Below are positions 23,939 to 35,970 of a DNA stretch of 64,000 nt, one piece after another. Source of the DNA: Coniocarpon cinnabarinum (Eukaryota); NCBI GenBank assembly GCA_051942205.1, contig JAVECO010000125.1, positions 1 to 64,000 of the forward strand, in the 5' to 3' direction. The translations under genes and the position numbers were made by a program. Position 1 is the first letter of the stretch; the number at the start of each line of letters is the position of its first letter. A model generated the notes under the pieces. That model saw only the letters and a program-made list of their open reading frames with translations. It was not told the DNA's origin and did no database searches.

Positions 23939-24517
23939 GCCTAGCATTGGACGATTCTGAATCATAAGTTAAGACTGTTATTTGTTCTTTCCTGCTCACG
24001 CATTTGAAGACGGGGAAGTTTCATTCCACCAAGCCCTAGCTCGTCACGCCTATCCATGCAAATGGGTTGAGCACGAAGCTGCAAGATTGCTATTGGAGGC
24101 CTACAGACTCCGAAACGGATTAATGAGGCTGTCAAAGTGGAACACCATATCAACCTCCGTGCGAAGAGGACATTTTATGAATTCAGGGGCAACCTTGACT
24201 TGGCGCTACTCATTTGCGCTGCCACGTTTATTTTGAAGACTGCTCTTTTCTAGTGCATACCTACACGTCACGTGTGGTTCATGAAAAATATGGTAATGTG
24301 GTAATTCTCTAAGAGGTAAAACACATCGCAGAATTGCAGAATAATCACTACGTAATTAGTAGTAAGGTCTTCAGACATATAAATCACTGCGCAATAGAAA
24401 TGGTGGAGGTGTAAGTGCAGGACAATGGCTCCAAGTCTTCGACTCTGAAAAGAAATCCACTTGCAAGTGCAAAAAAAAAAGTACAAAGCTCAAAAGCGTC
24501 TGTGTCCCAACATCAAA

Positions 24518-25699
24518 ATGTCGAAACAATACCTCACCACCCACGCCACTACCCTACCCGCTCCCTCCTCACAAACCGACGTCTTCAGCCTCGCAATCTC
24601 GCCCCAAACCAACATCCTCCTCATCGCCTCTGGAGGGAGTACGCTCTACATCCACTCCACAGCCTCATCATCCTATCCATTGATTCAAATACTACCCAAA
24701 GCCCATTCCCTCGGCTGCCATCACATTGCTGTCTCTTCCTCTGGCACGACCGCCATCTCCACTGGTTTCGGCGGCGAGGTCAAAATTTGGCGATCTGAGC
24801 CCCCGTCAGAGCCGCTACCCGATGAGGCGCTGAACAGCGAGCGGCCAGTCTGGCAAGCAGCAGGCGAAGTCACAGCTGGCATCGTGACGAAGGGCAAGAA
24901 GCGGAATCCCGGATCCTGCTGGGCCGTCGCGGTTTCGTCATCTGGTCGATTTCTAGCAGGCACGACCATGGATGGTAAGCTACGAATCTGGGATTTAGCG
25001 CCGTCATCCGCAAATATGCTTTCAGAGTCTGAGAACGAATCTAGAGAGGATTCATTCACGGGTGACGCCGCACTCGTCCATGAGTTTGAAACGCGCGGTG
25101 GTTTTGGGATGGGTGTGGATTTTTCGCCGGACGATGCGTTGGTTGCGAGTGTGCATCAAAGCGGGAGCGTACATCTGTTTGCATTATCAGGCGAGCGGCC
25201 CAGACTGCTGAGGGCTTTGCCGAGTTTGCATGCACCGGGGCGGTGTGTACGGTTTTCACCTGGTGGACGACTGCTAGCGGCCGCCGGGGACTCAGGTTTC
25301 GTCGCTCTGTACGCAATTAATACAGCAGCTAGCAGCGCAGGAACGACGAACGGATACGGCAGTGGCGGTGACGCGCTCTATGATCGGCATGTGGGCGATC
25401 AAGTTGCAATTCTCCGTGGTCACAACAACTGGATCACATCGCTGGACTGGAGCTCAACGGGAGAGTGGATCGCGAGTTGTAGCTGGAATGGCAAGGTGCG
25501 AGTATGGAGTACAGAGCGGCGGGAGTGCGTGAGTACGTTAAGGGGTCCGGAAGCACCGGGTGAGGGTACTGCAGGATCGGAAGACGGGCCATGCTGGGCG
25601 CTCAAGTGGATGCCTGTGAGGCGAGGAGGCAGTGAAGGATTTGTCATTGGTGGTCGACAAGGCGGGCTGCGATTCTACCGGGAGGCTGCTGGAGGTTGA
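24518..25699 (+). CDS. SKI8: WD40 protein Ski8/Rec14 (WDR61)
   Basis: MSKQYL.. start, AHSLGCHHI, STGFGGEVKIW, WD repeats, C-terminal LRFYREAAGG. Confidence 0.88.
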   Translation: MSKQYLTTHATTLPAPSSQTDVFSLAISPQTNILLIASGGSTLYIHSTASSSYPLIQILPKAHSLGCHHIAVSSSGTTAISTGFGGEVKIWRSEPPSEPLPDEALNSERPVWQAAGEVTAGIVTKGKKRNPGSCWAVAVSSSGRFLAGTTMDGKLRIWDLAPSSANMLSESENESREDSFTGDAALVHEFETRGGFGMGVDFSPDDALVASVHQSGSVHLFALSGERPRLLRALPSLHAPGRCVRFSPGGRLLAAAGDSGFVALYAINTAASSAGTTNGYGSGGDALYDRHVGDQVAILRGHNNWITSLDWSSTGEWIASCSWNGKVRVWSTERRECVSTLRGPEAPGEGTAGSEDGPCWALKWMPVRRGGSEGFVIGGRQGGLRFYREAAGG

Positions 25700-26337
25700 A
25701 ATTGATCTCCTGGAACGATCGAAGACATGACATGTACGAAATGATTGCGTGAAACGAGGCCTCTCTTTCATCGACTGAAAGCTATGGTATGAGTACAGCT
25801 TAGTCGCAAGACAAGCAATGGCAGCGCAGGCCCCAATTACCAGGCGAAGCCTTGAAATCTTGAGAATGATGCAGGATCCAAATAGGACATTTAGACGACC
25901 GCGATCCTAGCACAGAAGGAGATGAGACGAGATCTTCCTGCGAAGCCAGGGTTTGATCATGCTCAGAAAGTATTAATTGCTCGCTATAAGTCATACACGA
26001 AACCAAGATCATCTAGCATCATCGAGAGCAGCAACACCCTTCACGACTTTGCTAAACGAGAGAATCATCGAACCACCCGGTGGGCACAGGGCATCTTACC
26101 CCCGCCTCATTCAATTCTAACGCGGAAGATCTAACGAGGCGGGACTCTTTAGTCTTAGTCTGTGTTCGCGGGCAGAGGCGTCGCAGACTCAATGCCCGCC
26201 ACAGGCACGCCGCTTGTACGAATTGCTGCACCCCGACCCCTACCAGCGCCAGTGAGAGGGACAGCAGAGATCGCACGCGGTGAGGCGGTGCCTGGTGGAC
26301 CAGGAGTAACCGCTGCCGCAGCTAACGGGGTGTATTC

Positions 26338-27468
26338 CTAGTACGCCCCATTCATACCGCCGCGGCCAGAGTGCCGGCTGAGCTCACGATCTGCAGCTGG
26401 CGAGATCGGTCGTGAGCCTGTCTGATGACCTGTGCTGCGCTCTTTGAGTGCAAGGAGCTCCTTGCCACGGTAGCTTTCGTAGTGGATTTGGGAGGTGGTT
26501 TCAATAAGATCTTGAAGATGAGTGCGTGTAAGGAAGTTCCGCAAGTAGACGAATTCGCAGTGGTTCTCGTCTTCGACGTTGATGACTCCCCATCGGTTGG
26601 CACGGCCCCGGACTTGTCTGCCATTGACATTCATAGTCTTTTCACTGCCGACAATGGCGAAGGGGATGATGGACTGCTCATTACATTAGCCAAGGGTTCG
26701 GGGCACCTTTCATGATTAGCTGACCTTGATTTGTGCGTTCAATGCCATCTCCTCACTGTCGTATTCTTCGTTCTCGTATGGGTACATGCGCAGGTTGTGG
26801 AAAGCAAATTCCTGCTTTATCCTGTCCTTGAATGCTTGTCGCTCCTCCAGCGTCAGGCTGTCTGCTTTCGCAATGACGGGCACCACATTCACAACGTCAC
26901 AGAGCTTCTTCAAAACCACAATGTCAATCGGCTTGAGCGCATGTCCCGATGGTTGAATGAAGAACAAGCAGCAGTGAATTCTGGTGTCTTGAATATAGCG
27001 CTCTCGTTGTGCCGTCAACTCCTTATGCAGATACGCGCCATACTGATACTTGATGTATTTGACAATGGGATCCCAGCAGCGATCATTGTTGACGAGGTCA
27101 CCATAGCCAGGGGTATCAACAATGTTCAGGCGCAGGCGGACTCCGTTCTCCTCAATGATGTGTGAAACAGCCTGGATGTCGGTCGTGGCCCGCACTGGAT
27201 CGTCAGGCGCAACGCGACCTTTGCTGTTGAGAAGATGGGAGGCGAATATGGTGTTGATCAGGGTAGACTTTCCCAGACCAGTTTGTCCTACGTAGCTTGT
27301 CAGTGGCTGCTAACGCGTCCATCGGTCACAGAACATACCAACGCAAATGACGTTGAACTGAAAGCCACGCTTCAGAAGCTTGCGCTCGATCTGATGGGTA
27401 ATGCTGTCAAAACCGACGTGACTCTTGGGGAAGACAGCCTGCTGCGTGGGCATATTCGTGGTGGCCAT
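26338..27468 (-). CDS. CDC10: Septin Cdc10/AspD, 3 exons
   Basis: SHVGFDSITHQIERKLLKRGFQFNVICVG|QTGLGKSTLINTIF, DTPGYGD, AKAD, RGRANRWG; no C-terminal coiled coil. Confidence 0.95.
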
Positions 27469-27890
27469 GATGGTGTACGACAAGGGGGATCAGGCTGCGC
27501 GTCGATGGCTACTACGGGCGCTGGAGGACTGATGTGATCAATTGATTCCTGTGGAGGAATGTCCTGAACGAGCGACGAAGGGCAGAGTGGTGGAGATTCG
27601 GGACGAGAAGCGACGAAGATACACTGGAGATTGCACTTTCCCACTGTCTAGAAATCAGGGGAATGCACGGACCACCCGAGCTTCTCAAATCCACCATTTC
27701 CCCTTTTGGTTTCATCCTCTGATGTTTCAACTTTGGAGCTTATCTTCGACTTTTCCTCAATCCAAGCTACGCCGAGGAGAGCATTCGAATCAGATCAGCC
27801 AAGGAGTAGTGACAAGAAGGGAGTGGCGTATTCTTCCACGGGTCTGAACTTCTCAGCACAATTGCGTCCGCACAATCTTCCGCAACGACA

Positions 27891-28355
27891 ATGACTACCG
27901 CAATATCGACATTACCCTTCGCACGAAGTCTCCGACCATCCAGCTTCCTCTTCCGCCTCCCACACGCCCTCCGAGCATCCTACACGACCTCATTCCTCCT
28001 TCCAGCACCCGCGCTCTCCCTCTGGCGACCTATCCCAACCACGCTATCCCTGCCCGCCCTTACAATCCCCACATTCTCCAACCTTAGCTCAATCTTCAGC
28101 GCCATCTGGGACGGCATCCTGCTCGCCGTGCCTAAGAAAAAGCACTCCAAGTCGCGGTCGAAGATCAGGAGGAACTCGCAGGGCAAAGCGTATGAGGATG
28201 TGAAGAATCTGGTGCATTGCAGCTCTTGCGGGCGGATTAAGAGGACGCATGTTCTGTGCCCTTACTGCGTACAGAACTTGAATGATCTTTATCAAGGGAA
28301 GACTACCAACCCAGAGAAGGATACCATGTCGGAGACAAGCAGCACTGCTTCATGA
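27891..28355 (+). CDS. MRPL32: Mitochondrial ribosomal protein bL32m
   Basis: Presequence followed by ILLAVPKKKHSKSR..CSSCGRIKRTHVLCPYC. Confidence 0.92.
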   Translation: MTTAISTLPFARSLRPSSFLFRLPHALRASYTTSFLLPAPALSLWRPIPTTLSLPALTIPTFSNLSSIFSAIWDGILLAVPKKKHSKSRSKIRRNSQGKAYEDVKNLVHCSSCGRIKRTHVLCPYCVQNLNDLYQGKTTNPEKDTMSETSSTAS

Positions 28356-29210
28356 AGTCGACTGTCGAATCTCATTAGCACAAACGAGTGGAGCATTTGA
28401 GCTACTCAAGCGATTATCAAGACACAGGCCTTGAGCCGGAGACCGCGTATCCGAAATACAGAATTGAAAAACCACTGAGCCATCGCAAGACGGAGACCGA
28501 GCGGGATAGGAACTCCGCACCCAGCACTGGAAAACGCAGCATTTCAACCTCCGCCATTCATGGGTACAAAGGAGGAAGTGCCATGCCCCATTAACCTGAG
28601 GCATTAAGATGATGGGATGGTTCATCGGGAACCGCTGGTGATCAAAGAAAATGGCAGGGACCAAAAGGACCTCTCGGGGCATCAACGTGGGCATGCAGCG
28701 TCGCCATTGACAACCGCATCTGGCGCCTCGAAACCCAGTGTTCTGTGACCGTCATTCCCGGCGTCTTAGGACCATAAGCCTCCTTGAAAGGAGCGCTCTT
28801 TGCCCTGACTTGTATGTCGACATACACGGTCGCACTTCACATCACTGGACTTCGGTGCTTCTGGGGGCTTCCAAGGCATTTCCTTTTACTTCCCTTACTC
28901 GAGAAGCCGGAACAGTCACAGAGCAAGCGTTCTCTGTCCACATTTCAGTTTCGTCACAGATAGCAACACTTCCATGGTCCCAGCGGAATTCTAGTGCTTT
29001 TGGAAGCCTCAGGGGATTGGTCTGTCAGGGCCAAATTCTTAAAAGCTGCGAGTTTCCAAATGGCAGGAGTTCATTGCTTGGAGCCTGGTTCTATATACGA
29101 GTATCCAACAGTATTAAACGTTTTTATGATCCAAAGCACACCAATCCGTGCAATGCAAAAGTGGGTCATTAGTCATTTTTTATGCAAATTTGTGCACGCC
29201 TCAACCTTGT

Positions 29211-30410
29211 TCAAAAGTTGGAGCTGGGGTTCACACGTCCTCGATCGCTACCGCCTGCATACCGCTCCAACCCATTGCCTTCACTGCTCCCACCGTGACT
29301 ATCGCGCTTTTCTGTGACCAAACCGCCGCCGCTTGTATACGGACTAGGCACACCATCGCTGCCACCGTCGTACCGCTTCTTGCGGCCCCAAATTCGCCAC
29401 GCAACCAGTGCCAGAGCTCCAATTACAATGGCACCGCCAATACCGCCAACGACACCACCAATGATCTTCTTAGACGAGTCACTGAGACCGCCCTGACCAC
29501 TTTCGTTGGAGCCGGAGAGTTGCGGTGTCGATGTGGACGTTGCAAACCCTGTTGTGCTCACTTGAACAGCATCCGTAGTGGCGACAGATGTAGTAGGGCG
29601 ACCGTCAATAGTTGAAACAAGGGTGGATGTTACGGGCCGCGTGGTGCTGCCTAGCAGCGCTGAGGTGGATGTGATTTTGGCAGTAATAGCAGAGGAGGCA
29701 GCCGAGCCTGAGTAGGTAATCGTAGAGCCCTGTGCATTGGTTGTGCGAAAGACGAGCTGCCCATTTTCAGTTGTCGTGCCCAAGCCAGCTGCAACACGAG
29801 ACGAGGTCGAACTCGCGCCAGAAGCAGCGGAAGACACGACACTGGTCTGGCCGTCTGATGTAATAGTCGATGGAGGAGCTGACACCGATGTTTGTGGAGT
29901 TATAGAAGGGACCGAGGTCGTGGGCGCTGCGTTAGAGGTGGACACCTGTGGGACGGAGGTCTCAGAATCGGGGCTCTGCGAAGTTGGGGGAGCAGACAAG
30001 ATCGAGGTTTGCGCTGTAGAGCTAGGGGAAGGGGGATCGGGGTCGGAGGGTTGCGTCGTGGCTATGGACTACTTTGGGGATTACCATCTGCTGCTTACGG
30101 CGGAGCAGGAAACCAACGAGGCCTTGATCTACACAATGGGATGGATAGGTTCAAAGAAAAGAGGCAAACTCACCTGTGTCGGAGCTGTCGTGGCAGGCGC
30201 AGTAGTCTGTGTGGGGGAGTCGACAGAAGTGGGAGAAGTGTCCGTTGCCTGTGTGGGAGAAGCAGTGGGAGTGTTTGTGGAGCCTCCCGCCGTGCTGGTG
30301 TTCTGGTTGCCGGTCGTGGTCTGACCAGCTGTGGTTGAGCCAGCAGTGGGAGTACCGCCAGCTTGTCGCCGGATGAGGTCGGCATTGTCAGCGAGGCGCG
30401 GGGCGAACAT
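29211..30410 (-). CDS. Ser/Thr-rich single-pass membrane protein (Mid2-like sensor), 2 exons
   Basis: S/T-rich region, KKIIGGVVGGIGGAIVIGALALVAW TM then RKKR; intron about 30173-30069; start uncertain. Confidence 0.78.
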
Positions 30411-32111
30411 GGTCGCAAAGGTCTCGAACAAAGGCGCTGAGACTGATTGCGACAGTGCTGTGGAAACGTGCAACGCTAGGCGAGCGAGGAATTCTTTGAG
30501 GGAATCTCTCGCTTCGCCTTGCTCGTGGTTGGACGCGTTGGGACGCTCAGGAGACAATGGCTGAATAGGTGGTTGGTGATGACAAATTGAGCTGGAGAAT
30601 CAAGCGAATTGTGGAAGCGAGTGACTAAGGTTGAAGCAGATTAATTATGGACAAGAAAACGATGGCAGTGATGAGGAGGAGTAGGTATGGGAAGGAATCG
30701 ACGGTGAGAAGAGCGAGGAAAAGAGTTGGGCAAAAGCCAACGAAACGAAACGGTCGACGTTGCGCCGTCCGGGCCAGAAAATGCCGCGCGTAAGCTGCTC
30801 AGCGGTGGATTGCCCGAACAGGCATATACCGACGCTCACGTGAGTTAAGCGTCTGGGAGTGTCTTTTTCTAGAACTCGACGGCCAATGGCGCTCGTCTCG
30901 TCCGTCTCGTGATGCTGGTCAGTCTCTCGGTGCCCAGGATGTTGGCTCGCGGCCAATACTTGCCATCCATCTACTTTTGCTGCAGCTCTCTATCCTTCAA
31001 CCACACCTCGTGCTGGTCGACGTGACAGTGGAATGCGTGAGTGCTTGTGCGCCTCTCTCAGCGCCGTTGGCATCCTCCAGACTTGCCATATGAGGAAATG
31101 TCATTCGTACTGTCATCCCTTGCAACAAAGTGGCCTGAAATGCCTGTGAACCCACTCGGCGAACAAACAGCTGGCTATTACTAGAAGTTTGGGAGAACCA
31201 CTGAGTGACTGGAAATCATCCATGGGGGAAAGCTGGTGTAAGGGATTGAAGCCACCATCGCTGCCGCTACTACTGCTGGATAAGTATTAGTCCCTTATGA
31301 ATGGTAGACAGCTGCCCTGTCAAGAGCCCCATTGCACATCATACTTTCAGAGTAAGCTTCATGGCTTCTGCTAGCTACTGTCGTTCTCTGAGACTCTCCA
31401 GCGTTAGTAGGTCGTCCACATAGCGTGATGGGTGGCCGCTGCGCACAAGTGACCATTTACGCTGAAGAGGGAAAGCAACTTTATTTCTGGCTTTCATGAG
31501 GTATTCTAAATGTACTGGAATACCACAGTGGCGTTTTCTGAGAAACAGCACATCCAGAAAATCCACTCTGTGAGATCCCATCAGCTCAATCATGCCAGGG
31601 CCAACCAGAACCCCATGTTCATCTTCTATGGTATGGTGACTATTTTGGGATTTTCTGGCCATGAACTCCCTTCTGAAAGCTGTCCGTACCTCTTTCGTCG
31701 ACGCCGTGAACGGGAGTCATTCTACGCCTGCGTGTAAGTATGTTCTATGCTGTTTGTCCTCGAAGACGAGTGAGGATCCATAACGCCACCACTTGACCTC
31801 ATTTGAAGAGATCTCAACACATATGGCATTGTAGAGCAGTCGAATGCAAAGAGCGACTTCTACTTTTGAGTAGCGAGGAGATTCTAGAGGGGAAAAACAT
31901 TATGAGGCCCATTTTTGACGGCGTGCGTCAAGGGCGTGGTTTTGATTTGTGATCATGGCCGGGCCACGTATCATCCAGATCCGTGTAGGAGGGCAGAGCA
32001 CCCAACTATCCATGACTGCAAGCACTTTGGCGCAGTATGCCGGCGCTACGTTCTAAGCTCGACGATGTCTGTCAATTCCGTCTCTAAATCCCTCGTCTCT
32101 CAACCGTCTAA

Positions 32112-34275
32112 CTACCTAGGGCCATTCGTCATCTCGATGCGAAGACGTCCTTCCTCGTTGAAATATGCCACTTCCCTATTTCGGCCCTCCACTCGACGCC
32201 CCGGTTGCTGCTGTAACGCTCTCCGCAGGCGCAGTGAGCGATTGAACATGTCTAACCAGCGCGCAGTGGACACGTCCGCCCGCCTCAGCGCAGTGCCCAA
32301 GTCTTCGGGGCTCATGCTGACGTCCTCGTCCTCCCTTCTTTCATCGAGGCGGTCGGCCAGACCTGGTACCAACAACTCCAGCTGACGTTCCGATTCGCTC
32401 AGGACCGCAATAAACCATTCAGGGCTTTCTTGCAGCATCATGACCGGTAAATCATGGGGTATGTTGTCCGGTAATGTTCCCGACGCTCCTGTGTATGAAT
32501 CCTGGTTACCGTCGGGGGGTAGCGGATCAGATGCCGAAGTCAGCTGCGAGGTCAAAACAGTGGGCAGTAGTGCAATAAGTGGAGGCTTTTCGAGCAGCAA
32601 CACGTGTCGCGCATCGCACTTGCTGATCCTCTGGCGATCCTGATTATCTGCCTCTCGACGACACTCTTCCCTTGTGAGGCTCTCCGCGGCGCTTTTGAGG
32701 AAGTCTGTCGCGTCTTTTGTCTTCCACAAATCCACTGCTTGCGTTGTGTAAAGCTCGCTGTACAGACGCGTCGTTTCGGTCGGCGCTTCCGAGCCCCAAA
32801 TGGCTGGAGGAATTTTAGCCATTCCGAGCGCTTGACAGAGGCCCGCGGCTACCCATGGAAACCTCTTAATGGCTGCGCGCATGTCATCATTTGCAACTGG
32901 GTTCTTGTTCATATGCCGGGCCAGTGCTGCGGAGAACATGAGATTTGCATGCCCCAGACGCCCATCCCCTGCGGCTTCGCAAAGTTTCAAAACGGCGTCA
33001 GTCTGGCGTGAGCGCAAGGCTAGCTGATCGATGCAAAGCCTGATCGAGTACCAGTCGACATCAGGATCTAGCTGCAAGAGAATCTTCGCCCATTCGTACG
33101 CGGTACGCCATGTGGCACGCATACCGATGTTTTGAATGTATCTCCAGGCTGCCAGATAAAACTCGCGATTCTCTGGACGGTGAAAGTCAAGACGTGCCTT
33201 GCCTTGTGACATGGCCTGACCAAAGCGTGGGTGGGCGGCGCGACCGAAAGAGAAGAGCGCGCGCTCAATGAGCTCTCCCGTAGAGGCGTAGTCTTTCTCT
33301 TGTTTGGCGATCTCCGAGACTTGTAGCAGAGTTCCAACGTGGTATGGGTTGAATCGCAACAAGTTGATCATGACGCTTGGATCCATACTTCTTACGCTCA
33401 ACTCGAACTCCTTCTGAGCGCTCTGATATGACTTGTCGTGCACGAATCTAAAAAGCACGATACCGTAGTCTCCCGTTGACTCGATTTCCATGGACAGGCC
33501 ACCACCCGAAGCTTTGGGCCAGTCCACGCTTGCTTCAACAAACATGTTTTTCTTGCGCAACACAGCCGGGAGCCCAGTGCTGCTGGCTGAGTTCTTGCCT
33601 TTGATGGCCTCTGCCAGGCCTATCTGCTCGCCTGGTTGTCGTGGTTGATGTTCAGGCTCTTCAGGATCATCAAAGGAAATGTCGCCAAATAGTCTCCTCA
33701 TTTCGTTGTGAACGTGGAGATGATGCGAGTCCACTGCATATGTCGCGAAGGTTTCCAGCATTGTAGGATCCGCATGACGCTGTGCCTCTGACGCAGTAGG
33801 CGGGCGATTCTGAGCGTTTTCGCTCACTGCCGATACGGACAGCTGCTTGAGCAACGCATCAATGTCCCCCGTCTCGGGTTTGTGATGAAGTGCAGGAGCC
33901 TCCACCGATTTACTTGCTTTCTTCTTCTTTTTCTTTTTCCGCTTCATCGTTGAAAGTGGCGCGCGCTGGTGTCCAAGCTCGTTGACCCCGTCGTGATTCT
34001 CATCTTGAGGCCTGTCTTTGATTAGCAAATAGAATCTGTGAGGGCGGACAAACATGATCGGCTTACTCATGATCTGATGCATCGCCTACCTCATCCGCCT
34101 CGGATTCGTCTTCTTCATCGCCAGCCTGTGCTAGCAACTCAAAGCCGCTTGCGTTTGGATTTGCGCGTCCACGTGGTGTGTCTGACGCGGGGCCTTCATT
34201 GTTTCCTTCGTGCAATGGAATATCCTGGGTCTTTTCGCGCTCCCGTTGAGCTTTGCGCAGCGCTCTGGAAGACAT
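32112..34275 (-). CDS. RQC1: Ribosome quality control factor Rqc1 / TCF25 (Nulp1), 2 exons
   Basis: MSSRALRK start; NPYHVGTLLQVSEI, ENREFYLAAWRYIQ, TAYEWAKILLQLDP. Confidence 0.92.
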
Positions 34276-34785
34276 TGGTCAATCTACAAGGCGCGTGGGC
34301 GAAACAGCTACCTAAATTGTTTTTTGCGAAAACGAGCAGAGGAGCTCGATGACGCGAAAGGTCCTCGGTCGTCAGGTCAAGCTTCCGCCCCATCTCCTGC
34401 TTGCCCCACGGGACGAGATGGTAGCGACGCCCTCCTTTACCACTGCCTATCGTTTCGTCTGCGCCTCGTTTTCCCTAAGATGCTCTGACAGTGTGGGACA
34501 CCGTGTGAGAATGATGCAAGCGTGACCCGCTTTGAGTTGGCGACCGTGTGAACTAGCTAGTATGGCAATGTTGTGAATTTGCAGGACGGCGCTGGTGCTG
34601 ACGGCTTCTGCGCGTGTTGCGGAGTGCGAGATCCAGTGGCAACCTTACCTTTAGGAAATAATAGCATCGTTCTGGTGCTCAATTTTGAGCATCTTTATTG
34701 AAGCACAGACGCCCCGAGTAGCGAAGCTATCCATGAGCTCCGCAATAACCGCAAGGTAAATCCACCAGCACTCGAGACTTGGCCA

Positions 34786-34793
34786 TATAAAAG
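34786..34793 (+). promoter_or_regulatory. Putative TATA box of the MDR oxidoreductase
   Basis: TATAAAAG about 95 nt upstream of the ATG. Confidence 0.5.
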
Positions 34794-34880
34794 CTTCTTG
34801 GATGTTCCTCTGAATATTGCGCTACCTTCATACCTTGTCAGCTCTTCTACTGGCTTATTAATCACTAAGTATTCAAGGAA

Positions 34881-35861
34881 ATGGCGTCTACCATGAAGGC
34901 TGCGGTTTGTACGGCTGCAGGCGGGCCAGAGGTTCTCAAACTCCAGCAGCTTCCCATTCCTAAACCAACAAGAGGGCAGTGCCTCATCAGAGTCAGGGCT
35001 TTTGGGCTCAACCGATCAGAGCTATTCACCCGTCAGGGATTGACCCCTGCTAGCATTGTCCAATTCCCACGCGTGCTGGGCATTGAAGCGACAGGTGAGG
35101 TCGCGGATTGTCCTGGCGGGGAGTTCAACCAAGGTGATAAAGTTTTCACGGCCATGGGCGGACTCGGCAGGACATTTGATGGAGGATATGCCGAGTATAC
35201 TTGTCCGCCGGCGAATCAAGTGTTCAAAGTGGAAACGACTCTTCCATGGGAGACGCTAGGCGGTATGCCAGAGATGCTGCAAACAGCATGGGGCAGTCTT
35301 CTCAAGAGCTTGAAGCTGCAGAAAGGTCAGCGTCTATTGGTTCGGGGTGGCACGACCAGCGTTGGTCTTGCAGCCGCAGCCATTGCGAGAGATCACGGCG
35401 CCGAGGTTTGGTCAACGACTCGTCGGAATGACAGAGAGAACTTGCTCAAGCAAGCTGGTGCACAGCGAGTGATCATTGACAATGGCACGATCGCCAGTCA
35501 GGTCAAAGACCTCGGTGGGGTTGACAAAGTGCTCGAGTTAATTGGCACAGTAAGCCTGGAGGATTCACTGCAGTGTTGCCGTCAAGGAGGCAGTGTGTGC
35601 ATGACAGGCATGGTAGGAAGCAAATGGACCATTCCCGAATTTACGCCAATGGGTGCTATCCCGACCTCTGTGAATCTGACTACTTACGCTGGAGGCGTTG
35701 AAGACGTGGAAGCGACGCCTTTGACCAGACTAGCGAAGCAGGTTGAGGACGGCACACTGAAAATCAACATTGGAAAAGTCTTCAGACTTGATGACATCGT
35801 TGAAGCTCATCGCAGCATGGAACAGAACACGGCTGGTGGAAAGATTGTGGTCCTGACGTAG
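34881..35861 (+). CDS. MDR-superfamily NAD(P)H quinone oxidoreductase-like protein, intronless
   Basis: [48 protein letters not shown]. Confidence 0.92.
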   Translation: MASTMKAAVCTAAGGPEVLKLQQLPIPKPTRGQCLIRVRAFGLNRSELFTRQGLTPASIVQFPRVLGIEATGEVADCPGGEFNQGDKVFTAMGGLGRTFDGGYAEYTCPPANQVFKVETTLPWETLGGMPEMLQTAWGSLLKSLKLQKGQRLLVRGGTTSVGLAAAAIARDHGAEVWSTTRRNDRENLLKQAGAQRVIIDNGTIASQVKDLGGVDKVLELIGTVSLEDSLQCCRQGGSVCMTGMVGSKWTIPEFTPMGAIPTSVNLTTYAGGVEDVEATPLTRLAKQVEDGTLKINIGKVFRLDDIVEAHRSMEQNTAGGKIVVLT

Positions 35862-35970
35862 AAACCAGGCTGCTACGTGAATAGAGTCCAAGATTTTGTC
35901 GTTGGAGATGGTCAAGTAAGTCAATGTAGCCTCTTCAGCAGTCGTAGCAGTCTCACAAAATATGATGTGG

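Noticed and set aside
24240..24400. AT/TpA-rich patch suggesting RIP-mutated DNA
   Set aside because: Too short and no TE similarity recognisable; could simply be the SKI8 promoter
26425..27537. Long plus-strand ORFs opposite the septin
   Set aside because: Antisense shadows of a codon-biased gene; they break near the septin introns
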